This document shows, piece after piece, positions 20,639 through 29,359 of a stretch of DNA of 64,000 nt. The stretch is from Thermodesulfobacteriota bacterium (GTDB lineage Bacteria > Desulfobacterota > Desulfobacteria > Desulfobacterales > SURF-7): the NCBI GenBank assembly GCA_049320885.1, contig JBMORA010000001.1:1-64000 (forward strand), read 5' to 3'. Within the stretch, counting starts at the first letter, position 1. Each line of letters starts with the position of its first letter. A program made the position numbers and the translations under genes. The notes beneath the pieces were generated by a model. The model was not told the DNA's origin. It made no database searches and worked only from the letters and a program-made list of their open reading frames with translations.

Positions 20639-21017
20639 AGGCGATGGAGCGAACCGCCAGCTGCAGGGCGTGAGCCCGGATTGGTTTTTCCAAGAGGTGA
20701 TGGATACCGGCCGCCACGCACATATCCACGATATCGTCATTGGAATGGCCGGTTACGATGATGGTGTCCTCATACAGGGCCTCATATTTCCCGGCGATGG
20801 AGTCCAGGAACATGAACCCGCTCTTGTCTTTCAGAAACACGTCGACCACGAAGATCGCAATACCAGTGTTCCGGTTCAGACAATAAACTCCGGCTTCTTC
20901 ATCATCCGTAAAGACATATACATTGCCCCATGAATAAAATCTTCCAATGATCTCGGCAAGCGATTCACAAGCCGCCTCATCATCATCGACAATGATAACA
21001 TCCAGTCCCTCCGACAT
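20511..21017 (-). CDS. Single-domain response regulator
   Basis: IIVDDD, VVDV phosphoacceptor, VTG and EKP; 3' end overlaps the convergent radical SAM gene. Confidence 0.8.
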   Translation of the reverse strand: MSEGLDVIIVDDDEAACESLAEIIGRFYSWGNVYVFTDDEEAGVYCLNRNTGIAIFVVDVFLKDKSGFMFLDSIAGKYEALYEDTIIVTGHSNDDIVDMCVAAGIHHLLEKPIRAHALQLAVRSIAFKYLRFADRLLNSHAFHDHYYKLLDATRSWKQPGKEAPRNCR

Positions 21018-21535
21018 GGGCACCTCGTATTGGTTTTTTTAGCAGGTTGCGGCGGTTCATCCGGATACAACGGGAGAGCAGCAGGAGCGATTCATGCGGT
21101 TGCGGCTGAGAACCCATTCTCCTTCCTTTACTTCACAGATGCCATAACCGCCTGGAAAGATCAATATCTTTCTGGCCCGGCTGGGCTGCCCAACCGATTT
21201 GAATCCTAACCAAACCCGAACGAATTCCTTACAAACAGGGGGTATACTGAAAACCATCCGACATGAAATCCCTGTACAAAAACCGATCATATTTGGCATT
21301 GACTTTGAGACCCGATCATATTAATAACCAAACATTCCTTCAGAATGGCGCGAAGGGGAACCGACTCCTTCCGGATAAACGCCGGTTATCCCAATTGGAA
21401 CATAACGAATCGTAGCAGCACAGTCAGAATATGCCCTGATGCAGTACCCGAAAGAATTTTTTCGGGAGACGAATGCTTTATATTTTCAGTAGCACACCGC
21501 AACCGTCAAAAAGCCCGACGGGAAAGGAGGATTGT

Positions 21536-21895
21536 TTGGATACCACAGCCATTGCCAGAGAATTCATTCATTATCAGAAAGTCCTCATCGACAATGCGTT
21601 CGATGTTGTCGGTCTTTTCCAGGAACAAACGGAACGGATATCCAACGCCTTAATCAAACGGAATGCCGAGCTGACGGCCGAAAACCGGAAATCGATCCAG
21701 CAGTGGGCCAAGTGGTTCAGCAAAGGTAGTCTGAATTTGAAAAATATCATGACCGGCCAGGTGAACCAGTTTGAAAACCTGCTTATGAAACCCGTATCCC
21801 CAAAGCCTGTGAAAAATATGAAATCAGAACCCCGGGAAACAAATGAAGCAGAAGTCAAAAAACAACCGGCCGCCAAAAAACAGCCGGCAGCGTGA
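21536..21895 (+). CDS. Phasin-like protein with Lys/Ala/Pro-rich tail
   Basis: RBS AGGAGG before TTG 21536. Amphipathic helical domain paralogous to the next gene (FQEQTERI / VQDQAERM); tail KKQPAAKKQPAA. Confidence 0.65.
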   Translation: MDTTAIAREFIHYQKVLIDNAFDVVGLFQEQTERISNALIKRNAELTAENRKSIQQWAKWFSKGSLNLKNIMTGQVNQFENLLMKPVSPKPVKNMKSEPRETNEAEVKKQPAAKKQPAA

Positions 21896-21939
21896 TATGC
21901 CTTGACCATCAACCCCATTCTTCTTAAGGAGAAACGACA

Positions 21940-22203
21940 ATGGATCAAAATCAAATATTGAAACAGATGCTGGATTTCAATCGCGCCTCTTTCAACAATA
22001 CCTATGATATGCTGGTCATGGTTCAGGATCAGGCGGAAAGAATGACGAATTCTTTCCTTAGCCAGGCCAGCTGGTTTCCGGAAGAAGGCCGGAACATGCT
22101 CGCCGAATGGATCAAGGCCTGCAAAAAGGGGCAGGAGGATTTGAAAAAAAACGTCGATTCCAACATGAAAAAAGCGGAAGAACTGTTTGCAGCCCAGGCA
22201 TGA
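21940..22203 (+). CDS. Phasin-like small helical protein
   Basis: 87 aa, RBS AAGGAG, amphipathic helices, adjacent to the PhaC-like gene. Confidence 0.7.
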   Translation: MDQNQILKQMLDFNRASFNNTYDMLVMVQDQAERMTNSFLSQASWFPEEGRNMLAEWIKACKKGQEDLKKNVDSNMKKAEELFAAQA

Positions 22204-22310
22204 GAAATATCCCGGTTTGCCCGATCATGGCGGCCATGCAACCCAAGCGGTCATAAACCGGCGGGTCGACATCCGCATCATCGCGACCCGATATGCCGTT
22301 TCACCATTGG

Positions 22311-22353
22311 AGCCCCGATGCCAGTACCCGGTTTAGCTGGAAGGGGCTTTTTT
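22311..22353 (+). terminator. Rho-independent terminator-like hairpin between the phasin-like and PhaC-like genes
   Basis: AGCCCC...CCAG...CTGG...GGGGCT followed by a T run. Confidence 0.5.
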
Positions 22354-22370
22354 ATCGTTAACGAACCCAT

Positions 22371-23933
22371 ATGAAAAATAAACCCGCACCGTTCCCGGAA
22401 CCGGACACCATCCCGCGGATGATGGCCAAAAACATCAACTCCCTCTCGGCGGGGCTTTTGGCCGGACAGTTTTTTTTAAAAGGCGCGATGAAATACATCA
22501 ACGAGTTCAACGTACCTTTTTGGACTTCCCTGGAGGCCTTCCTCTCTCTGGAAAAAACCAAAACACTTCGGTTCTCGCCTTTTAAAAACGGCTTTGATTA
22601 TTTTAAATTACTGCAATTCAACCAGCAGATCGCCGAGAAAGGTTTTTTCAGCTCGTTTTCATCCATGAATTCCTACCATAGCCGCCAATGGTCCGACGGT
22701 TTTGCCGCTTTGCTTCGAACCCTCTTTCTGGAGGAGGGGTGCGCCCTGCCTGAATACCTCGATCGTCTTGCGGAAACATTTTCCACTGTCATCGATAAAT
22801 ACCCCCGCGCCATCGCCGACATCAAATCCGAGTATGGATTTCACTTTGAAAATGGAAATTATACCCTCGCCGCCGAAACGGAAAGATTCCTGCTCTACCA
22901 GGTCCTGCCAACTGCCAGGGGCGTCGCCGTTCGCGGCGACGGTAAGCCGATACTGATTGTTCCGCCATATGTCCTGGGCCCCAGTATCCTCGCCTTTCTG
23001 CCGGGTGAAAACAAAAGTTATGTCCATGCGTTCGCCAACCAGGGGATTCCCACTTATATCCGCATCATGAAAGACATCCACGCTACAGCCGCGGTTCAAG
23101 TCATGACCGGTGAGGACGATGCCGCGGATACCGGTCATTTCTGCAGTATAATAATGAAAAAGCACCATAAAAAGGTTACCCTGAACGGGTTTTGCCAGGG
23201 CGGGTTCATCGCCGTTGTCGACTATCTCACCGGGGAATTGGACCATTCGGTGGATGCCCTGATCACCTGTGTCGCCCCCATGGACGGAACCCGCAGCAAA
23301 TCCCTGGTGGAATATCTGCAGCATCTGCCCCGGCGGTATCGTGATCTGGGGTATGCCGTCAAAAGCCTGCCGGGCGGCAACCAGGTCGTGGATGGCCAGG
23401 TCATGAGCTGGGTCTATAAACTGAAAAGCATGGAGCGGGAAGCCCCCCTGTTTACCTTCTATCGCGATCTCACCATGTTCGAAGAATTGGCGGATCGTAA
23501 TGCGGAAATCAACAAAACCTGGGCGGCATTGAGTCATTGGCTTATATACGACCGGACGGATCTGCCGGTGGCCATCACCCAAATGAGTTTTGATTCCTAT
23601 ACGATACCGGTATCACCCGACGGCGAACTGCCCTTCCGTCTTTTCAACCGCCCGCTGAATTTCAAACGGATTCAGGAAAACAACATCCCCTATTTGATCT
23701 GTTACGCGGAAAAGGACGATCTGGTGGACAAAGCCGCCGCCCTGGCGCCGACGGATTTTGTCCAGGCCCAGGTCACCGTGTTTCCAAAAGGACACGGCGC
23801 CATCGCCACATCCTGGAGCGACCCGAAATCGGAGTGTGCTCTGCATACCCGTTTCGGTGACCATTACAGCGGTCCGGTTCGATTTCAGCTGGATTTGGAG
23901 GAAAACGCCGCCCTTTCCGGTAAAAAGAGTTGA
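22371..23933 (+). CDS. PHA synthase-like alpha/beta hydrolase (Cys nucleophile)
   Basis: PILIVPP, modified lipase box GFCQGG, Asp in AEKDDLV and His in KGHGAI, matching the Cys-Asp-His triad of PhaC. Confidence 0.72.
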   Translation: MKNKPAPFPEPDTIPRMMAKNINSLSAGLLAGQFFLKGAMKYINEFNVPFWTSLEAFLSLEKTKTLRFSPFKNGFDYFKLLQFNQQIAEKGFFSSFSSMNSYHSRQWSDGFAALLRTLFLEEGCALPEYLDRLAETFSTVIDKYPRAIADIKSEYGFHFENGNYTLAAETERFLLYQVLPTARGVAVRGDGKPILIVPPYVLGPSILAFLPGENKSYVHAFANQGIPTYIRIMKDIHATAAVQVMTGEDDAADTGHFCSIIMKKHHKKVTLNGFCQGGFIAVVDYLTGELDHSVDALITCVAPMDGTRSKSLVEYLQHLPRRYRDLGYAVKSLPGGNQVVDGQVMSWVYKLKSMEREAPLFTFYRDLTMFEELADRNAEINKTWAALSHWLIYDRTDLPVAITQMSFDSYTIPVSPDGELPFRLFNRPLNFKRIQENNIPYLICYAEKDDLVDKAAALAPTDFVQAQVTVFPKGHGAIATSWSDPKSECALHTRFGDHYSGPVRFQLDLEENAALSGKKS

Positions 23934-24179
23934 CAGCGGTTTCGTCTTCTTTTAGACTGAACCATATCTCATCATCAGCGCCGCAAGCGGAACAGCAATA
24001 ATTCCGGTATTCCTCACCTGCCCAAGTGCCAAGAGCCGCGGTGATCCTCAGAATTGATCCTGTCAGTGTTGTTGAAACGGGAAAAACGGTTTTTCGAAAC
24101 CGACATCGCCTCTGTTTTCGATGATGGAGGGATGTCTCCAACGGCCGACTGGAGGGCCATTCACCGGGAGGAGTTGGTC

Positions 24180-24635
24180 ATGACCACTTATCATGGCAGG
24201 GCATTTCATCGGGAAGAAACCTCAGCATCCCTATTATGGTCCGATTTGAAAATGGGAAATTGTCACAAAGCCCGCTTGCGGAACAAGAGTCCGGCCGGCA
24301 TTTATTTCGAATCCGCCCGGGACTGCCCTCCGGGAGCCATCATCCGCATTCAGCGCACGAATCGGGACAGGGATTTATCAACAAAAGACCCAATCCAGGG
24401 GAGCCATGCCCGGGTATTGTGGAAAAAGGAAATCCATACGCCCCTTCGGTACGGAATGGGGGCCCGGTACCTGTTGTGGAAATGTTCCCTGTGTGGCAAG
24501 CTCCTGGATCCGGATAATCACTGGGATACGGAAGGTATTCACCTCTGTTCCAGGTGTGGACAAAAAATCAATGGCCTGACCGACGGGGCCTTGAAAAAAG
24601 GAATTGAGCAGTTTTTATCCGGCAACGTAATTTAA
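24180..24635 (+). CDS. PilZ-like domain fused to a C-terminal CxxC...CxxC zinc ribbon
   Basis: RAFHR, NKSPAG, YGMGARY, then CSLC...CSRC; RBS GGAGGAG. Confidence 0.7.
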   Translation: MTTYHGRAFHREETSASLLWSDLKMGNCHKARLRNKSPAGIYFESARDCPPGAIIRIQRTNRDRDLSTKDPIQGSHARVLWKKEIHTPLRYGMGARYLLWKCSLCGKLLDPDNHWDTEGIHLCSRCGQKINGLTDGALKKGIEQFLSGNVI

Positions 24636-25957
24636 CCGGGATATCGCACCAGAAGCCGATGGACCGCTTCCATGCCAAACTCCAGGGCGGAAACCGGGAT
24701 GCGCTCATCCGCGGCATGAATGAGGCTAAAAAAAGGAAAATCCTTCGGCAGCTTCATGGGGAGGAAACCATAGGTCTGAATACCGAGTTTTGAAAAATGC
24801 CTGCCGTCCGTTGTTCCCGGCAGCAGCATGGGGGCCGGCACGGCAAGGGGGTCCATTTCCTCCAATATACCCGCAAGTAACGGAAATAGTGTCATATCCG
24901 GCCGGTCCGGACAGGCGTCGTATCGTTCCAATTCCAATGCGACATCATTTCCGAGGCGTTTTTTCAACTCCGCCAGCATGTCTTCCGGACGGAAACCGGG
25001 TAACAGGCGCCCGTCCAGCCGCACGGAAATTTCACTCGGGATCACATTGATTGTCTCCCCCCCTCTCAACACAGTGGCATTGACCGTGTTATGCAACAGG
25101 GGATCAAATGAACGCCCCTTATCTCCGAGTAATTCCAGAACCAGGTCGGTCAGGGCCGGCCTCAACAGCAATTTCATCAACAGGCGTTTGAGCGGCGGCA
25201 ACATGCCGGCCATGACGCCCACCATGTCCCTGACCAGCGGGATAATGTGAACCGGAAGCCTGGCTTTGTCCAGTTGTCGGAGCATCCTGCCGAGCCTGGC
25301 CACAGCGCCTCCGCGCATGGGCAGGGAGCCGTGACCGGCCGGACCGCGGATCACCGCCCGCATCCAGCAGATTTGTTTTTCCGCCACCATGATCGGATAC
25401 AACCGCTTGGTTTCCACCGGCAGGGAACACCCACCGAATTCTCCCACGGCGAACCGAATACCGGCGAAATGCTCCGGATGGCGCTCCACCAGGAATCTGG
25501 CACCCTGGTTTCCTCCGGCCTCCTCATCGCTTACGAGGGCCAGCACGATATCGCCGGCGGCGCGTTGTCGTTGCCGGATCAGACGCAGCAAGGCGCCGAC
25601 CATCATGACAATGCCGCCCTTCATGTCCAAAGCCCCCCGACCCCAGACGCATTCATCGGCGCAAACACCTTCAAAAGGCGGGAATCGCCATTGCTGGCCG
25701 GACGTCGTAACCACATCCAAATGGCCGTACATCAGCAACGGCGCCGCCCTTCCCTCCCCTTTCAAACGGGCGATCAGGTTCGGCCGTTCCGGTTCCCTGG
25801 CCAGCAAGGTGGTATCGAATCCGGTCCGGGAAAGCATTCGTTCCAGAAACAGGATGCTTTCCTTCTCGTTCCCCGGAGGATTGGTGGTATCGAAGCGGAT
25901 GAGCTGCCGCAGCAGCTCCATCGGATGGGGATAATGATCCTGGGAATTCATTTTCAA
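24632..25957 (-). CDS. M20/M25/M40 family metallopeptidase / amidohydrolase
   Basis: GHLDVV, GRGALDMKG, DEEAGG, GTTDGRHF and IHAADE. Confidence 0.93.
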   Translation of the reverse strand: MKMNSQDHYPHPMELLRQLIRFDTTNPPGNEKESILFLERMLSRTGFDTTLLAREPERPNLIARLKGEGRAAPLLMYGHLDVVTTSGQQWRFPPFEGVCADECVWGRGALDMKGGIVMMVGALLRLIRQRQRAAGDIVLALVSDEEAGGNQGARFLVERHPEHFAGIRFAVGEFGGCSLPVETKRLYPIMVAEKQICWMRAVIRGPAGHGSLPMRGGAVARLGRMLRQLDKARLPVHIIPLVRDMVGVMAGMLPPLKRLLMKLLLRPALTDLVLELLGDKGRSFDPLLHNTVNATVLRGGETINVIPSEISVRLDGRLLPGFRPEDMLAELKKRLGNDVALELERYDACPDRPDMTLFPLLAGILEEMDPLAVPAPMLLPGTTDGRHFSKLGIQTYGFLPMKLPKDFPFFSLIHAADERIPVSALEFGMEAVHRLLVRYPG

Positions 25958-26751
25958 TAATAGCTTTTTTTCCGGGAAATCCTGCCCATGATGAGACCTG
26001 CCAACAGAACGATGCTGCCGGCGACGAACCAGCGGATCACCCCGAAACGAAACAGGCGTTGATTTTCTTTCACCAGGTCCCCATTGCGCCTGGACAATTG
26101 CCGGTTCTCCTGTTCCAGTCTGCCGATGGTATCGCCCGCGGTTTTGCTCTGCCGAACCAGATCGGCGGTCTGGCCCGAATGGGATAACAGCGACCGGTAT
26201 TCCTCCCTGGCCCCTTCCAACTCGATTTTCAATTTCTGGATTTCCTCTTTCTGGCCGCGGATAATCTCTTCCATTTCCGCTGTGGTTTCCGATGGTTCCC
26301 GCCGGACATCGGTCCTCCCGTTTCCGGGATCGCCTTGTTGCAACCTGGACTTCTCGAGTTCGGCCTTCAGTCTTTCAACCTCCGCTTCCAGCCCGGCGTT
26401 GACCGCCGCAACCGGAGGAGTCGATATGAAATACCGCTTCCGCACCCAGCCCACCTCCCCTTCCCGGGTTTTCACTTTCATGAATTCGCCATTTTCTTCA
26501 ATGACTTCAACCGGGGTGCCCGATCTGAGCGACCGCAGCATCGGATGTTCATCGCCTTTTCCGGCCCTCATGGTGACGACGAGAACATCGGAAACATACC
26601 GAACATCAAGCGCCACGGCAGCGCCAGTCCAAAACAGCAGCAGCCCCGCAGCCACGCCGATCCTCCCCCATTCATCCAACATCCGCCTGCTTCCCATGGC
26701 CATCCATTCCTTTCCAGCTGAGGTGACATTATCCCGATGCTTGTTCTCCAT
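25954..26751 (-). CDS. SH3 domain protein (YgiM/TIGR04211-like)
   Basis: Signal peptide, YVSD..V.MR.G and GWV SH3 motifs, coiled coil, C-terminal TM anchor (WFVAG). Confidence 0.9.
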   Translation of the reverse strand: MENKHRDNVTSAGKEWMAMGSRRMLDEWGRIGVAAGLLLFWTGAAVALDVRYVSDVLVVTMRAGKGDEHPMLRSLRSGTPVEVIEENGEFMKVKTREGEVGWVRKRYFISTPPVAAVNAGLEAEVERLKAELEKSRLQQGDPGNGRTDVRREPSETTAEMEEIIRGQKEEIQKLKIELEGAREEYRSLLSHSGQTADLVRQSKTAGDTIGRLEQENRQLSRRNGDLVKENQRLFRFGVIRWFVAGSIVLLAGLIMGRISRKKSYY

Positions 26752-26918
26752 ATCATTCCCATTAATTGCACATGCCTGTCAAGTTGGCCGGTCGCGGCCC
26801 CGGCCCCAAACGCCTTGTCAACAATTTGACGCCGCCTTGGTCGTTCCGCATGATCCCGAAGCCCTAATTTTCTTTATTTTTAATTATAATTCTATATGTT
26901 ATGCCTTTTCGATTTTTT

Positions 26919-26934
26919 TGGCACACAAATCGCA
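26919..26934 (+). promoter_or_regulatory. sigma54 (-24/-12) promoter
   Basis: TGGCACACAAATCGCA = GG-N10-GC; AT-rich tract and GTCAACAATTTGAC palindrome upstream. Confidence 0.7.
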
Positions 26935-27001
26935 TTTCCCGTGACAGACGCGCTATGGATCACATGAACAAGAACCGGTGTCAAAATTGCGATGGTGAAA
27001 C

Positions 27002-27157
27002 ATGAAACAACAGACCAATCGGCTTATCTGGGAAAAAATCGCTCAGGAATTGGTGGAACGGAATCGGGAAAGAGAGTCAACCCGGTTGCATCGAAATTCC
27101 GTCTTCGATGTGCGCCATCTGCTTCATAGAGTGAAAAAAAATATCCCGAATCCGTAA
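27002..27157 (+). CDS. Small hypothetical protein (51 aa)
   Basis: Hand translation MKQQTNRLIWEKIAQELVERNRERESTRLHRNSVFDVRHLLHRVKKNIPNP*; GGTGA RBS; downstream of the sigma54 promoter. Confidence 0.55.
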   Translation: MKQQTNRLIWEKIAQELVERNRERESTRLHRNSVFDVRHLLHRVKKNIPNP

Positions 27158-27232
27158 CCGGGGCCCGTCATCCGATTCGGGCCGTCCCGGTCTGGTTTCC
27201 ATGACCCCGCCGACGTCTTGAAAGTCGCCTTT

Positions 27233-28345
27233 TCAATGACCGCTCGGACTGGCATTAACAGCCGGCAGTTCCCCGGCCTCGCACACCACCATATGCGAAT
27301 CGAAGACCTGAGAAACATACAACTTGTTCCCGTAAATACAAGCAGTGGAAGCCGCGCTGATCTGGGTCCCGTTGTCTACATAGATGGCATCCATGGACTT
27401 TCCCGGCTCCCGGTCAGACGGGTCGATCAGAAATACCACCGAAGGGGCCTTGGTCTTTTTGTCGCCGCTGTGGGTTAAAAATGCAAAATCATTGAAATGG
27501 GCGGCAACCAGAAGATATTTCCCGTAGGCCATGATGTTGTCGGGACCTTTCAATTTCAGCAATTCCCTGCCGTTGCCCAGCCTGCCATCGTCGAATCGCG
27601 GAAACTCCAGGATGCAATCCCCCCTGGTGGCGGCCACAAAAACTTTATCCTTCCCCGCCAGTATCCCGTTGGCAAAGGCGATATCGGATGCCACCACGCT
27701 CCATTCCCGCTCGGTCGGGCGATAATGGACAATATCCGAGGTCCTCATGCTCAGATAGACGGCCATGATGTTTTGATAGTCATTGGTGACATATATCTCG
27801 CCATTCTCCATTACGGACAGGTCATTGGGCGACCATAGATGTTCCGGCGCCTCCAGGAGTTCCACGAACTCCAGGGATTCCGCCGTTACCCGGTATATAC
27901 CGATGGCATTTTCCTCCCTGGCTCCATGCAGACAGGGATCATGGATAATGATATATAAAAACGTATCACTGCCCACCCGCCGTATGTCCATTCCATGGGG
28001 CTTAAAGCCCACCAGCTTCGAAGGCTCCCCCGTCCGCTCCATGCGCCGGACATAGCCGGTTTTGATATCAAAGGAATAAATGTCGCCCCTGGCGGGTCCG
28101 GTCCTCCGGTCATAGGAGGACACCAGCAGTCGCGGCGGCCTGTTCCAATGGTCCAGGACGAAATCCTCCGGACCGACGGCGACCTCAACGGCGTAACAGT
28201 TCTGGTCGTATCGATATATCGGAAGCGGCTCCCTGAATCCGCAGGCGCCGATGCAAATGCAACCCAGCGCGACAACCCAACAGGGATACAACCTGATGTG
28301 TCGTGCTGAAAAAATCGTTTCAACCATTCTGCCTGTTCTGCCCAT
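27233..28345 (-). CDS. Paraoxonase/arylesterase-like six-bladed beta-propeller (SMP-30/strictosidine synthase clan), probable lipoprotein
   Basis: GPEDF, PHGMD, SPNDL, ANGI and GPDNI; lipobox-like IGAC; RBS GGAGGA before ATG 28345. Confidence 0.8.
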   Translation of the reverse strand: MGRTGRMVETIFSARHIRLYPCWVVALGCICIGACGFREPLPIYRYDQNCYAVEVAVGPEDFVLDHWNRPPRLLVSSYDRRTGPARGDIYSFDIKTGYVRRMERTGEPSKLVGFKPHGMDIRRVGSDTFLYIIIHDPCLHGAREENAIGIYRVTAESLEFVELLEAPEHLWSPNDLSVMENGEIYVTNDYQNIMAVYLSMRTSDIVHYRPTEREWSVVASDIAFANGILAGKDKVFVAATRGDCILEFPRFDDGRLGNGRELLKLKGPDNIMAYGKYLLVAAHFNDFAFLTHSGDKKTKAPSVVFLIDPSDREPGKSMDAIYVDNGTQISAASTACIYGNKLYVSQVFDSHMVVCEAGELPAVNASPSGH

Positions 28346-28595
28346 TCTACGCTTCCTCCACGATTGTCGCTTTCTGTCACGCAGCCAACGCCGTCTGGAA
28401 AATATACCGCCCCGGGGCTTGATGGCAATCACTTTTTAAATTCAGATGCATTCCCCCACCGGATTATCTCATTTTTATTGCATATTTTTTTCGCATGGTG
28501 TCAAATGCCCCTGCTTGGCCCGGTTCGGACGGACACTAGACCCGGCCGGGCATTTTCATACGGTATTCCACCTTGACAGGCAAAAGGAAGGAACA

Positions 28596-29315
28596 TTGGT
28601 GTTGCGGCTGGCAATGATGATCTGGTGCTCCCTGATGGCATTGACGATATCCGTGAGGGCCACCGAAGCGACGGAAAATTGGCGTCTTTCCAAAAAACAG
28701 GATGGAATCTGGGTGTACACCCGACCCTCCGCGACCTGCAGTTTCAATGAATTTAAAGGGATCATTATCATTGACGCCGGAATCGAGGTGGTGGGGATGG
28801 TGTTGAAGGATATTCCGTCCTTCCCGCTGTGGATGAGCGACTGCCAGCAATCCCCGATTATCGAAAAAAATGGCCGGAATGATTATATTTTTTATTTTGT
28901 CCAACATATGCCGTGGCCGGTGGAAAACCGGGACACAGTGCTTCAGGCCCGCACGACCATTGACTGGAATGCGGGTTATTTCCAGGTGGATTTTCATTCC
29001 ATTCAGGATGACCGTATCCCCCCGCAACCGGACTGCATCCGGATGAAAGTGGTCGGTCGGTTTTTACTGGAATACATCGAGCGACGGAAAACGCAGGTAA
29101 CCTATTGGATTCAAGCTGATCCATACGGTTCCATGCCCGCCGTTATCGCCAACATGATCAGCCGGAAAATTCCCTTGGAAACCTTGCAGGGCATGCGGAA
29201 AATGGTCATGGATCACCGCTATGAACAACGGGCGGCTCAATCCCCGGAGAAACTGGACCTCGAAATCGCTCTCCGCAACAACTCGGTAAAACGGCGGAAA
29301 CCGGCGATCCGGTAA
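28596..29315 (+). CDS. Secreted START-domain (lipid-binding) protein
   Basis: Signal peptide, W.L.K..DGI.VY.R, MPWPVENRD and ADPYGSMP; start moved to TTG 28596 on RBS. Confidence 0.85.
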   Translation: MVLRLAMMIWCSLMALTISVRATEATENWRLSKKQDGIWVYTRPSATCSFNEFKGIIIIDAGIEVVGMVLKDIPSFPLWMSDCQQSPIIEKNGRNDYIFYFVQHMPWPVENRDTVLQARTTIDWNAGYFQVDFHSIQDDRIPPQPDCIRMKVVGRFLLEYIERRKTQVTYWIQADPYGSMPAVIANMISRKIPLETLQGMRKMVMDHRYEQRAAQSPEKLDLEIALRNNSVKRRKPAIR

Positions 29316-29359
29316 CCGCCGCGGCGTCGGGTTGCCTCCCCAACCACCCGGAAATCCGG

